Assembly: GCA_041946735.1 (NCBI GenBank) | Contig: JBHGAY010000011.1 | Location: 64,001 to 128,000, forward strand | From: Candidatus Eiseniibacteriota bacterium | GTDB taxonomy: Bacteria; Eisenbacteria; RBG-16-71-46; CAIMUX01; VGJL01 | Reading direction: 5' to 3' | Length of the DNA: 64,000 nt | Shown: positions 47,350 through 57,454 of the stretch, piece after piece | How positions within the stretch are numbered: the first letter of the stretch is position 1 | Layout of the letters: each line of letters begins with the position of its first letter | The notes under the pieces: model-generated | Told to the model about the DNA's origin: nothing | Databases searched by the model: none | What the model saw: the letters and a program-made list of their open reading frames with translations, nothing else | Translations under genes and position numbers: made by a program

Positions 47350-49482
47350 ATGAACAAACGAGTGGCGCTCATCAGCGAACACGCATCGCCGCTCGCGATC
47401 CTCGGGGGCAGGGACAGCGGGGGCCAGAATGTCTACGTCGCGCATCTGGCCCGGAACCTGACGAAGTTCGGCTACCGGGTCGACGTCTTCACGCGACGTG
47501 ACGATCCCTCGCAGCCCGAGGTCCTCGATTGGGAGAGGGGCGTGCGGATCGTCCATGTTCCGGCCGGTCCGCCCGAGTACGTCCGCAAGGAGGATCTGCT
47601 GCCCTACATGGAGCCGTTCACCGCGTGCATGCTCGCGTTCTTCCGCCGCAGGCGGATCAAGTACGACCTGATCCATGCGAACTTCTGGATGTCGGCGCTC
47701 GTCGCCGCGGACCTGAAGAAAGCGCTCGGAATTCCGTTCGTCGTCACCTTCCACGCTCTCGGGCGTGTCCGGCGGCGTCACCAGGGGGCGGCGGACGAGT
47801 TCCCGGACCAGCGCTTCGAGATCGAGGATCGTGTCATCGCCGAAGCGGACATGATCATTGCGGAGTGCCCGCAGGACGAAGAGGACCTGATCCATCTCTA
47901 CAACGCGGAGCCGTCGCGCCTTCGAATCATTCCGTGCGGATTCGATCCGGCCGAGTTCGCCCCGATCGGCAAGGCGAGGGCGCGGCGCAAGCTCGGGATC
48001 GATCCCGGGCAGCGGGTGCTGCTCCAGCTCGGCCGGATGGTCCCCCGCAAAGGAGTCGACAACGTGGTCCGCGGTTTCGGCGACCTCGTCCATGAGCACG
48101 GGATCGACGCGCGACTCTTCGTGGTCGGCGGAGAGACGGACCTGCCCGATCCGAAGAAGACTCCCGAGATCGGGCGCCTTCAGGAGATCGCGCGTGTATG
48201 CGACGTTGCGGGCCGCGTGGTTTTCACCGGAAGGAAGCGCCGAGCCAGCCTCCGGTGGTATTACGCGGCGGCTGACCTGTTCCTCACGACCCCTTGGTAC
48301 GAGCCGTTCGGGATCACTCCCGTCGAGGCGATGGCCTGTGGCACGCCGGTGATCGGCTCTTCGGTCGGCGGGATCAAGTTCTCGGTTCGCGACAGCGAGA
48401 CCGGCTACCTCGTCCCGCCGAACGATCCGGCCGCCATTGCGGCGAAGATTGCGCACCTGTACAGGAACCCCAAGCTCCTCGACCTCTTCGCGCGGCAGGC
48501 GATCGCGCGAGCGAGGCACCTCTTCAGCTGGCAGAAGGTCGCGTCGGGCGTTGCCGAGCTCTATGAGGACGTCCTCGCCGCCGGGCGGCCCGAGACGCGC
48601 CGCCGGCTCGAGCTGTTCGCGATGGTCGAGAGGTCGTTCGAGTCGACGGTGGACGTCCTACAGCAGTCGCGCCGGCTCGTGCGCGGCTCGCTCGTCGAGG
48701 CGGCGCAGTCGATCGCCGGTTGCGCGCTCTCCGGGCGGACGATCTACATCCGATGCGTTGGCTCCGGCGAGGCTGTTGCGCATCAGATCGCCCGCGAGCT
48801 GACCGGCGGAGCGCACATGGCGGGGCTCGATCGCTTGCGCCTCCGCGTGCTGCGGCCCTCGCGGCCTCCGGTCGCCCGCGGCGGGGGAGGCGTGTCCGGC
48901 GCGGTTTCGCGCTTTGCAGGGCAGGGCAAAGGCAGGCTTCGCGAGGTCACGCGCCAGACGTGGGGCGCCGGAGCGGCAGTCGACGACGGCAGCGGGAACG
49001 GGCACCCCGCCGGCAACGGCCACATCACCGGGAACGGTCACACCGGGGCGAACGCCGACGCATCTCGTGTGCCGCAAGCCTGGCGTCCGGAAACGCGACG
49101 GCGCGCTCCTCGCCGGCGCGGGAGCAACGCCGACGTTCTCCTCGCCGTATGCACAGGAAGGAGGCTGCACCACCTTGCCCGCACGCTCCGCCGGGCTCGG
49201 CGGCGTGGCATGAAGACGGTCGTGATCTTCGGCGGCGATGCGAACCGCATCCTTCCGCTCGCCGACGTCGCGGTCGCGATCCCCTCGTTCGATTCGCGAA
49301 GGATACGGGAGACGCAGATCGTCCTCTTCCATCTCCTCCGGCAGTTGGTGGAGGAACAGATGATCTCGGCCGTCGCGGCCGAGCCGCTCGCGTCGAAACC
49401 GTCGCGGAGCGAGGTGTGGCCGATCGCAAAGGCGGGAAGCCGGAGCCGTCCGGTCGCGGCAAGGATCGGGTCCCGCTCCTGA
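47350..49482 (+). CDS. GT4 glycosyltransferase (MshA-like) fused to a degenerate SIS/GmhA domain
   Basis: SEHASPL...DSGGQNVYV, HANFWMS, YEPFGITPVEAMACG. C-terminal SIS remnants: ELTG, DVLLA, RRRGMKTV, RIRE..HLL. Confidence 0.88.
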   Translation: MNKRVALISEHASPLAILGGRDSGGQNVYVAHLARNLTKFGYRVDVFTRRDDPSQPEVLDWERGVRIVHVPAGPPEYVRKEDLLPYMEPFTACMLAFFRRRRIKYDLIHANFWMSALVAADLKKALGIPFVVTFHALGRVRRRHQGAADEFPDQRFEIEDRVIAEADMIIAECPQDEEDLIHLYNAEPSRLRIIPCGFDPAEFAPIGKARARRKLGIDPGQRVLLQLGRMVPRKGVDNVVRGFGDLVHEHGIDARLFVVGGETDLPDPKKTPEIGRLQEIARVCDVAGRVVFTGRKRRASLRWYYAAADLFLTTPWYEPFGITPVEAMACGTPVIGSSVGGIKFSVRDSETGYLVPPNDPAAIAAKIAHLYRNPKLLDLFARQAIARARHLFSWQKVASGVAELYEDVLAAGRPETRRRLELFAMVERSFESTVDVLQQSRRLVRGSLVEAAQSIAGCALSGRTIYIRCVGSGEAVAHQIARELTGGAHMAGLDRLRLRVLRPSRPPVARGGGGVSGAVSRFAGQGKGRLREVTRQTWGAGAAVDDGSGNGHPAGNGHITGNGHTGANADASRVPQAWRPETRRRAPRRRGSNADVLLAVCTGRRLHHLARTLRRARRRGMKTVVIFGGDANRILPLADVAVAIPSFDSRRIRETQIVLFHLLRQLVEEQMISAVAAEPLASKPSRSEVWPIAKAGSRSRPVAARIGSRS

Positions 49483-49547
49483 TCCCGGACGCTGGGGCCG
49501 GTCGCGCAAGCAACGAAGGAACGGGAGTCCGAGAAGAGGAGGGCGCG

Positions 49548-50285
49548 GTGTCCGAGAACGATCTGCAGGGCAAGGTGGCTCTGGTGACCGGGGGCGCGCG
49601 GGGCCTGGGTGAGGCGATCTGCTCCCGCCTCGCCCGGGAAGGCGTGCACGTTGTCGTCGGCGACGTGCGGAACGATCTCACCGAGGGGGTTGTCTCGCGC
49701 ATCCGCGAGTCCGGGACCGGGGGAACGGCGGTCGCCGCCTCGCTCGACCTTCGCGACGCGCGCCAGGTCGAAGAGGTAGTGCGCCGCGTTTCCGAGGAGA
49801 TGGGCGGCATCGACATCCTGGTGAACAACGCGGGGGCGGACCGGACGGTGCCGATCGACGAGCTGTCGGTCGAGGAGTTCGACTCGATCCTCGCCGTTAA
49901 TTTGCGGGCGCCGTTCCTGCTCGCGCGCCAGATCCTCCCCGGGATGCGCGCGAAGGGGGGCGGCCACATCATCAACATCGTCTCGACGGCCGCCCGCCGC
50001 GCCTGGGCGAACGCTTCGGCCTACCACGCGAGCAAATGGGGCCTGCTCGGACTCTCGCATGCGATGCACGTCGAGGGCCGGCCGCATGGAGTGCGGGTCA
50101 GCGCAGTGATTTGCGGCGGCATGCGGACGCCCTTCCTGCTCGATCGGTTCCCCGAGATCGACGTCACGACCTTGCAGGACCCGCGCAACGTCGCCGACGC
50201 AATCGTGTTCCTCCTCCGCCAGCCGGAGGGGACGGTGATCCCCGAGATGATGGTGCTGCCGATGAAGGAGACGTCATGGCCGTGA
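49548..50285 (+). CDS. SDR family oxidoreductase
   Basis: TGGARGLG, NNAG, YHASK. Confidence 0.92.
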   Translation: MSENDLQGKVALVTGGARGLGEAICSRLAREGVHVVVGDVRNDLTEGVVSRIRESGTGGTAVAASLDLRDARQVEEVVRRVSEEMGGIDILVNNAGADRTVPIDELSVEEFDSILAVNLRAPFLLARQILPGMRAKGGGHIINIVSTAARRAWANASAYHASKWGLLGLSHAMHVEGRPHGVRVSAVICGGMRTPFLLDRFPEIDVTTLQDPRNVADAIVFLLRQPEGTVIPEMMVLPMKETSWP

Positions 50286-50938
50286 GAGCGCAGGCGCGCG
50301 CCGCCATCTTTCTCGACAAGGACGGCACGCTGCTCGAGAACGTTCCGTCCAACGTCCAGCCGGAGCGAATCCGCTGGAGCGACGGAGCGGAGGACGGGGT
50401 GCGCGCCTTCTCGACCGGCGGCTTCCGGCTCTTCATCGTCTCCAACCAGTCGGGAGTCGCGAGAGGCTTCTTCCCGGAGGAGGCGCTCGGGCCTGTCCGG
50501 CGCAGCCTCGCGGAACGCTTCGATTCGATCGGAGCGCCGCTCGACGGCTTCTACTACTGCCCGCACCATCCCGACGCGTCCGTCCCGCGATACCGCGTCG
50601 CGTGCCTCTGCCGCAAGCCGGGACCGGGGCTCCTGCTCCGCGCGGCGCTGGAGCATGGGATCGATCTCGCCGCCTCCTGGATGATCGGCGACATCCTCGA
50701 CGACGTCGAAGCGGGCCGGCGGGCAGGATGCCGGACGATCCTGATCGGGAACGGCAACGAGACGGAGTGGCTTTTCTCCCCGGAGAGGATCCCGGATCGG
50801 ATCGCGACGGATCTTCGCCATGCGGCTCGCCTCGTTGAGATCGAAGGGGCGCGACGGCCGAGGCCGGCGCTCGGCGGCCGGCACGACTCGAACGTGCGAG
50901 CGACCCCGGGCGTCAGCGGGCCGGGGGCGCAGGGATGA
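50276..50938 (+). CDS. gmhB: D-glycero-manno-heptose 1,7-bisphosphate phosphatase (HAD IIIA)
   Basis: FLDKDGTL, SNQSGVARG, YCPHHP, CLCRKP.PG, MIGD...DVEAG. Confidence 0.88.
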   Translation: MAVRAQARAAIFLDKDGTLLENVPSNVQPERIRWSDGAEDGVRAFSTGGFRLFIVSNQSGVARGFFPEEALGPVRRSLAERFDSIGAPLDGFYYCPHHPDASVPRYRVACLCRKPGPGLLLRAALEHGIDLAASWMIGDILDDVEAGRRAGCRTILIGNGNETEWLFSPERIPDRIATDLRHAARLVEIEGARRPRPALGGRHDSNVRATPGVSGPGAQG

Positions 50939-52464
50939 TGCAGCCGGATCTGCGAGAGACGATCGCGTCCTTCTCTTCGCTACGCGCACTGGTCCTCGGC
51001 GAAGCGATCCTGGACGGCTACCTCGACGGCGAAGCAACCCGGATCTGCCGCGAGGCTCCGGTGCCGATTCTCGACGTCGATCCGCCCCGGCACTTCCCCG
51101 GCGGAGCCGCGAACACCGCCGCGAACCTGAGACGGCTCGGGGCGCGGGTTCGCTTCCTTTCCGCCGCGGGAAACGATGCGGATGGCGCGATCCTCCAGGG
51201 CCTCCTCGGGCAGGCCGGTGTCGAGTGCTCCGGCATGCTCGTGCATCCCGGACGGCGGACGCTTGCGAAGAACCGCCTGTTCGCCGGGTCGCAGATGCTC
51301 GTGCGCTTCGACTCCGGGACGACCCGGCCGATCGATCCTCAGACCGAGGAAGCCCTGCTCGGCGTTCTCGAGAGCGCCTGGGCGGAGGCGGACCTGCTCG
51401 TCGTCTCCGATTACGGCTACGGCGTCCTCACCTCGGCCGTCGTCGAGCGCTTGCGTCTGCTGCAGGCGCGGCGCCCTCTGGTCCTCGCCGTCGATTCGAA
51501 GCGATTGACGGCATACCGCGGCGCGGGCGTCACGGTGGTGAAGCCGAACTTCGGCGAGGCGGTGCGGCTGCTCGGCCTCGACGCTCCGGCGACTCCCGAG
51601 CGGCGGGCCGAGATGGTCGCGTCCTGGGGGGAGCGAATCCTGCGGATCACGGGAGCGGACATCGCCGCGGTGACGATCGACAGCGACGGCGCGATCCTCT
51701 TCGAGCGCGGGCGGCCCCCCTATCGCACGTATGCGAAGCGAGCCGAGGCTTCGAGACCGATCGGCGCGGGGGACACCTTCATCAGCGCCCTGGCGCTCGC
51801 GCTCGCCGCCGGCGCGCACGTTCCGGCCGCGGGCGAGATCGCCTCGGCCGCCGCCGCGCTGGTCGTCGGCAAGGAGGCGACCGCCACATGCACGAGCGAA
51901 GAGCTGCTCACGCGCGTGACGGTCGGCGAGAAATGGGTGCCGAGCGTCCCGAGCCTCCGGGAGCGGGTCGAGGCGCATCGCCGCAAGGGGCGGAAGATCG
52001 TCTTCACCAACGGCTGCTTCGACATCCTCCATCGGGGGCACATCCAGTACCTCAATGAGGCGAAGAACCTCGCTGAGGCGCTGATCGTCGGGGTCAACTC
52101 CGACGCGAGCGTGCGCCGGCTGAAGGGAAGCAGCCGGCCGATCAATCCACTCGAGGATCGCGTGCACGTCCTTGCCGCTTTGAGCTGCATCAACGACATC
52201 GTGACGTTCGAGGACGACACGCCGATCGCGATCATCCGCGAGATCCGGCCGGACGTATACGTGAAGGGGGGAGACCACTCGCTGGAGACGCTCCCCGAAG
52301 CCCCGGTCGTGCGGGGGTACGGAGGCGAGGTCCGCATCCTTCCGTACACGCGGGATCGCTCGACGACCGGGATCATCGAAAGGATCCGTGCATCGGCAAA
52401 GAAAGAGGAGACCGCGCTCGATGGTCGAAGCCCTACCGCCGACGAACGTACCGCGCTGGGATGA
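50935..52464 (+). CDS. hldE: Bifunctional heptose kinase / ADP-heptose synthase
   Basis: PfkB domain (EAPVP, GGAAN, SDYG.G, KPN, GAGDTF) plus FTNGCFDILHRGH, GVNSDASVRRLKG, KGGD, STT. Confidence 0.92.
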   Translation: MMQPDLRETIASFSSLRALVLGEAILDGYLDGEATRICREAPVPILDVDPPRHFPGGAANTAANLRRLGARVRFLSAAGNDADGAILQGLLGQAGVECSGMLVHPGRRTLAKNRLFAGSQMLVRFDSGTTRPIDPQTEEALLGVLESAWAEADLLVVSDYGYGVLTSAVVERLRLLQARRPLVLAVDSKRLTAYRGAGVTVVKPNFGEAVRLLGLDAPATPERRAEMVASWGERILRITGADIAAVTIDSDGAILFERGRPPYRTYAKRAEASRPIGAGDTFISALALALAAGAHVPAAGEIASAAAALVVGKEATATCTSEELLTRVTVGEKWVPSVPSLRERVEAHRRKGRKIVFTNGCFDILHRGHIQYLNEAKNLAEALIVGVNSDASVRRLKGSSRPINPLEDRVHVLAALSCINDIVTFEDDTPIAIIREIRPDVYVKGGDHSLETLPEAPVVRGYGGEVRILPYTRDRSTTGIIERIRASAKKEETALDGRSPTADERTALG

Positions 52465-53596
52465 TGGGGGTCGCGTGCTCTGCGTGCGCCTCGACGCGCT
52501 CGGCGACGTCCTGATGACGAGTCCGGCGCTGCACGCGCTGAAGGAGAGCCGGCCCGGCTGTTCCCTCACGCTACTCACCTCGTCGCTCGGCGCCGCGGCG
52601 GCGCCGCTGCTCGAACCCGTCGACGAGACGATCGTCTACGACCCGCCCTGGATGAAGGCGACTCCGCAGAGGGAGGGCCCCGATCCGGACGTCGCGGTCC
52701 TCGATCGCCTCCGTCAGGGACGGTTCGACGGCGCGGTGATCTTCACCGTCTACAGCCAGAATCCGCTCGCGTCGGCCCTGCTCTGCCATCTCGCCGGCAT
52801 CCCGAGGCGGCTCGCCCATTGCCGCGAGAACCCCTATCAGCTTCTGACCGACTGGATCGCCGAGCCGGAGCCGCAACGTCTGATCCGTCACGAGGCGCGG
52901 CGCCAGCTCGATCTCGTCGGCTGGATCGGATGCGGGACTTCCGACGAGCGGCTCCGGATTCGCGTTCCGGAGCCGGCCGTGGCGCGCGCGAAGGAGGCGT
53001 TGCGCGAGTGGGGGGCCGTAGAGCCCGGCCGCGACGAGTGGATCCTGATCCATCCGGGCGCCTCCGCCCCCTCGCGCCGTTGGCCGCCGGAGCGCTTCGC
53101 CGAAGCGGCGGACCGGATCCACGCGGAGACCTCGCTGCCGATCCTCTTTTCCGGGACGAGCGGGGAGGCGGCGCTCGTCGAGCAGATCGCGGCCCGCATG
53201 AAGGCTCCGTCGCGCTCGATGGCAGGGAAGCTCTCCCTCGCGGAGTTCGCCGCAGTGGTTCGCGCCTCGCGCCTGCTGATCTCGAACAACACATCCCCGG
53301 TACACATCGCCTCAGCCGTCGGCACGCCGGTGATCGACCTCTATGCCCTCACGAATCCACAGCACACTCCGTGGATGGTCCCGAACAGGGTGCTCTACCA
53401 CGATGTCGCCTGCCGCTGGTGCTACAAGAGCCTCTGTCCGCAAGGACACCACGACTGCCTGCGGAAGGTGGAGCCGGAGTCGGTCGTTCGCGCCGCGCAC
53501 GAGCTTCTCGCCGAGACGAGAGCGGCCGGCTATGGCATCTCCCCGGTCCAAGACGCCGGCCCCCACGATCCCCGCGCCGAGGAGGTGACTCGATGA
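52421..53596 (+). CDS. Glycosyltransferase family 9 (heptosyltransferase II-like)
   Basis: RLDALGDVLMT, HPGASAPSRRWP, SNNTSPVHIA, CRWCYKSLCPQGHHDCL. Confidence 0.9.
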   Translation: MVEALPPTNVPRWDDGGRVLCVRLDALGDVLMTSPALHALKESRPGCSLTLLTSSLGAAAAPLLEPVDETIVYDPPWMKATPQREGPDPDVAVLDRLRQGRFDGAVIFTVYSQNPLASALLCHLAGIPRRLAHCRENPYQLLTDWIAEPEPQRLIRHEARRQLDLVGWIGCGTSDERLRIRVPEPAVARAKEALREWGAVEPGRDEWILIHPGASAPSRRWPPERFAEAADRIHAETSLPILFSGTSGEAALVEQIAARMKAPSRSMAGKLSLAEFAAVVRASRLLISNNTSPVHIASAVGTPVIDLYALTNPQHTPWMVPNRVLYHDVACRWCYKSLCPQGHHDCLRKVEPESVVRAAHELLAETRAAGYGISPVQDAGPHDPRAEEVTR

Positions 53597-54426
53597 ACGG
53601 AGCCCGCGCGCTCGACATCCTGATCAGGACCTGCGATCGCCCCGCCGCTCTCGCGGTGACGCTCACGAGCCTCCTGTCGCAGACCTTCCGCGACTTCCGA
53701 GTCGTCGTCTCCGATCAGACGGAAGGCTTCGATCCGGTCGAGGCGCCCGAGGTGCAAGCGGTCCTGCGCGTGCTTGCGGCGCACGGGCATCCGATCGAGA
53801 CGCACAAGCATCTTCCCCGCCTGGGGATGGCGGAGCATCGCCAGTTCCTGCTCGAGCAAGCGACGGCGCCCTACATCCTCTTCCTCGACGACGACCTCAT
53901 CCTCGAGTCGGACCTCCTGGAGCGCATGGTCCGCGCAATCCGGGAGGAGGCCTGTGGCTTCGTCGGGTGCGGCCTGATCGGGCTCTCCTACGCGGGCGAC
54001 GTGCGTCCCGACGAGCAGGCGATCGAGTTCTGGGAAGGGCCGGTGGTGCCGGAGGAGGTGCGGCCGGGGACGCCGGAATGGGAGCGACACCGCTTGCACA
54101 ATGCCGCGAACCTCTGGCACGTGCAAAACCGCCTGGGACTCCATCCGAGCGAGCAGAGAAAGTACAAGATCGCGTGGGTCGGCGGGTGCGTGCTCTACGA
54201 TACGGCCCACCTGCTCGGAGCGGGAGGCTTCGGCTTCTGGCGCGAGCTGCCTGAGTCGCACTGCGGCGAGGACGTCCTTGCCGAGCTGCGCGTCATGGCC
54301 CGTCACGGCGCCTGTGGGATCCTCCCGTCCGGCGCCTACCACCTGGAGCTTCCGACGACGCTTCCTGACCGCAGGGTCAACGCGCCGCGGGTGCTCGCCG
54401 TGCATCAGCCGGCGGACGAGATCTGA
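53593..54426 (+). CDS. Glycosyltransferase family 2
   Basis: ILI.TCDRP, VSDQ, LFLDDD, GEDV. Confidence 0.87.
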   Translation: MNGARALDILIRTCDRPAALAVTLTSLLSQTFRDFRVVVSDQTEGFDPVEAPEVQAVLRVLAAHGHPIETHKHLPRLGMAEHRQFLLEQATAPYILFLDDDLILESDLLERMVRAIREEACGFVGCGLIGLSYAGDVRPDEQAIEFWEGPVVPEEVRPGTPEWERHRLHNAANLWHVQNRLGLHPSEQRKYKIAWVGGCVLYDTAHLLGAGGFGFWRELPESHCGEDVLAELRVMARHGACGILPSGAYHLELPTTLPDRRVNAPRVLAVHQPADEI

Positions 54427-54452
54427 AAGCGCGACGGGGACGGAGGAAAGCA

Positions 54453-56213
54453 ATGTTCACTCTCGGAATCAACGCGGTCTTTCACGATCCCGCCGCCTGC
54501 CTGGTCGAGGACGGACGCGTGCTCGCGGCGGCCGAAGAGGAACGGTTCACCAGGATCAAGCACGGGAAGCGGCCCGTTCCCTTCTCGACCTGGGAGCTCC
54601 CTTTCCACGCGATCGACTACTGCCTCCGCGAGGCGGGCATCACGCTGAAGGACGTGGGCCGCGTCGCGTACTCCTTCGATCCAAGTCTGCTGCTCGGCGA
54701 GTGGAGCGGCCAGCCGTCGATCACGCTTCCGTTGGAGCCGAGCGCGCAACCGGTGCCGCAGGAGTGGCTGTCCGGATGGGATCCCCTCTTCCTCTCGCAT
54801 GTCGTCAACGCGCCTCGCCATCTGACCGGTGGCTGGCCGCACCACATGCAGGACCGATTTCGCGGCGCGGAGCGCGAGCGGCTCGATTGGCGGTTCGTCG
54901 AGCATCACCTCGCCCACGCGGCGAGCGCGTTCCACGTCTCTCCCTTTCCCCGAGCGGCGGTCCTCACGATGGACGGCCGCGGGGAGAAGGCGACGACCGC
55001 GTACCACGTGGGGGATGGAGTGGAGATCGAGAGGATCGGCCAGGTGGAGATGCCGCATTCGCTCGGATTGCTCTACGAGGAGGTGACGCAGCACCTCGGC
55101 TTCCTCCGGTCCTCCGACGAGTACAAGGTGATGGCGATGGCCGCGTTCGGCAAACCGACCTTCCTCGCGGAGATGCGCGCCATCGTCCGGCCGCTCGGGG
55201 AAGGACGCTATGCGATCGAGCCGCTCCGTCTGGAGGAGCGCTTCGGTCCCCCGCGACGGCGAGGCGCCAGGATGGAGCCGAGACATTACGATCTCGCCTG
55301 CTCCCTCCAACAGGTTCTCGAGGAGACGGTCCTGGAGATCGTTCAATGGCTGCACCGAGCGACAGGCGAGCAGAACCTGGTCATGGCGGGAGGAGTCGCC
55401 CTGAATTGCGTGCTCAACTCGCGGATTCGCGATCGCGGGCCGTTCCGGAACGTATGGGTGCAGCCGGCCGCCGGAGACGCGGGCACCTCCCTCGGAGCGG
55501 CGATCTGGACCGATCTGCAAGCGCGGCCGGGCGCGAGCCGCTCCTGGACGATGGAGCACGCCTACCTCGGCCCATCGTTCTCCGAGGAGGAGATCGAAGC
55601 GTTCCTCCGCTGGTCGAAGATTCCGTATCGGCGGCCGGACGACCTGGTCGCCGAGGCGGCCGACCGCCTCGCGGCCAACGAGATTCTAGGATGGTTCGAG
55701 GGACGGATGGAGTTCGGGCCGCGCGCCCTCGGCGCGCGCTCGATCCTCGCCTCGCCGATCGACCCCGGCATGCAGGCGCGCCTGAACGAGCTGAAGGACC
55801 GCGAGGACTTCCGGCCGGTCGCTCCGGTCGTGATCGAAGAGGCGGCCGGCCGATGGTTCCGGGATGCGGGAACCTCCCCGTTCATGCTGTTCGTGCACGA
55901 CGTGCTCCCGGAGATGGCGGAGAAGATCCCAGCCGTGCGCCACCTCGACGGGACGGCCCGCATCCAGACGATCCGCCGCGACCAGAATCCGATCTACTGG
56001 GACCTGATCCGCGCCTTCGAGGCGCGGACCGGCGTGCCGATCCTCGTGAACACCTCCTTCAACACCCGCGGAGAGCCGATCGTGGCGACCCCGCGAGACG
56101 CGATCGAGGCGTTCTGGTCCTCGCCCCTGGACGCTCTCGTGATCGGCTCCCTCCTGGTTCCTAAGCGGCCGGATTCGTCCGAGGGACCGCAGGCCGCGGA
56201 GGCAGGCTCGTGA
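54453..56213 (+). CDS. O-carbamoyltransferase (NodU/CmcH/TobZ family)
   Basis: HDPAA, EEERF, HHLAHA, DGRGE, EYKVM, AGGVALN, GDAG, EFGPRALGARS, NTSFN. Confidence 0.94.
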   Translation: MFTLGINAVFHDPAACLVEDGRVLAAAEEERFTRIKHGKRPVPFSTWELPFHAIDYCLREAGITLKDVGRVAYSFDPSLLLGEWSGQPSITLPLEPSAQPVPQEWLSGWDPLFLSHVVNAPRHLTGGWPHHMQDRFRGAERERLDWRFVEHHLAHAASAFHVSPFPRAAVLTMDGRGEKATTAYHVGDGVEIERIGQVEMPHSLGLLYEEVTQHLGFLRSSDEYKVMAMAAFGKPTFLAEMRAIVRPLGEGRYAIEPLRLEERFGPPRRRGARMEPRHYDLACSLQQVLEETVLEIVQWLHRATGEQNLVMAGGVALNCVLNSRIRDRGPFRNVWVQPAAGDAGTSLGAAIWTDLQARPGASRSWTMEHAYLGPSFSEEEIEAFLRWSKIPYRRPDDLVAEAADRLAANEILGWFEGRMEFGPRALGARSILASPIDPGMQARLNELKDREDFRPVAPVVIEEAAGRWFRDAGTSPFMLFVHDVLPEMAEKIPAVRHLDGTARIQTIRRDQNPIYWDLIRAFEARTGVPILVNTSFNTRGEPIVATPRDAIEAFWSSPLDALVIGSLLVPKRPDSSEGPQAAEAGS

Positions 56214-57247
56214 GCGCCGGAAGGGCGCGGGCGAGGGCCGCGGTGCAGGCGAGCGCCGCGACGTCGGATCGACGCGGGCCGGCCCCCCTCGTCTCGGTGG
56301 TCGTGCCGACCTACCGCAGACCGGCGCTGCTCGCCCGCTGCCTCGATGCGCTGGCGGAGCAGGATCTCGGCCGGTCGGCCTTCGAGGTGATCGTCGTCGA
56401 CGACGGCCGGTGCGATGCGTCGCTGCAGGTGGTCGCGGACCGGTCGCGACGCAGCCGGCTCGCGCTCCGCTACCTGCGGCTCGTGAGCCATCGAGGCCCG
56501 GCCGCCGCACGCAACGCGGGATGGCGCGCGGCCGCGGCTGCGATCGTCGCCTTCACCGACGACGACTGCGTCCCCTCGCCAGGGTGGCTGCGAGCGGGAA
56601 TCGAATCGCTCGGGGAAGGGATCGCAGGCGCCTGGGGCAAGATCGTCATTCCGATCTCCCTCCGACCGACCGATTACGAACGGGACGCGTCTTGGCTGCA
56701 GCAGGCGGAGTTCGCAACGGCCAACTGCTTCCTGCGCCGCTCGGTCCTCGAGGAGGTCGGGGGATTCGACGAGCGATTCCAGCTCGCCTGGCGCGAGGAC
56801 AGCGACCTCTACTTCACCTTGATCGAGCGGGGCCATGAAATTCGCAGGATCGAGCCGGCCGTTGTCATCCACCCGGTGCGTCCCGCCCGCTTCGGCGTGA
56901 GCGTGCTGCAGCAGAGCAAGAGCATGTTCAACGCTCTTCTGTACAAAAAGCACCCGGCCCTGTATCGCGCGCGGATCCAGAAGTCGCCCCCCTGGCGGTA
57001 CTACGCCATCCTGGCCTCGCTCGTGGTGCTCACCGCCGGCGTCGCGCGGTCCGACACGGCGTTGTCGGCCGCGGGCGCCGCGGCGTGGGCCTTGCTCACC
57101 GCGGAGTTCGCGGTCCGGCGGCTGCGGCGGACCTCCCGCGCGCCGCGGCACGTGGTGGAGATGATCGTGACCTCCGCCGTCATTCCGTTTCTGTCGGTGT
57201 ACTGGAGGCTGCGGGGAGCCATTCGATTCCGGGTGTTCTTCCTATGA
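56210..57247 (+). CDS. Glycosyltransferase family 2 with C-terminal TM helices
   Basis: VSVVVPTY, VVDDG, GPAAARN, FTDDDC, GGFDE, EDSDL. Confidence 0.9.
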   Translation: MSAGRARARAAVQASAATSDRRGPAPLVSVVVPTYRRPALLARCLDALAEQDLGRSAFEVIVVDDGRCDASLQVVADRSRRSRLALRYLRLVSHRGPAAARNAGWRAAAAAIVAFTDDDCVPSPGWLRAGIESLGEGIAGAWGKIVIPISLRPTDYERDASWLQQAEFATANCFLRRSVLEEVGGFDERFQLAWREDSDLYFTLIERGHEIRRIEPAVVIHPVRPARFGVSVLQQSKSMFNALLYKKHPALYRARIQKSPPWRYYAILASLVVLTAGVARSDTALSAAGAAAWALLTAEFAVRRLRRTSRAPRHVVEMIVTSAVIPFLSVYWRLRGAIRFRVFFL

Positions 57248-57454
57248 GTCGAATCGCCGCGAGCGCGCTCGATCGGACGAGGGCGGTGACGGAGGAGGCC
57301 CGGAATGTTCGGCTCGATCGACTGGCGGGAGCTGTCGTCTTGCTCCGCGAAGGGCGGGAAGCGGGGTGCCGCCCGAAGGACGACCGGACGGTGATCTGAG
57401 CGGCGGCCGGGCGACCGGCCACGCGGAGGCCATCGACGGCGAGGGGCAGGAGGG

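Noticed and set aside
45226..53596. Standard LPS inner-core (waaC/waaF) operon
   Set aside because: No waaA, kds, lpx or hldD genes nearby, and the carbamoyltransferase, rSAM and MshA-like GT context is atypical; not fully excluded.
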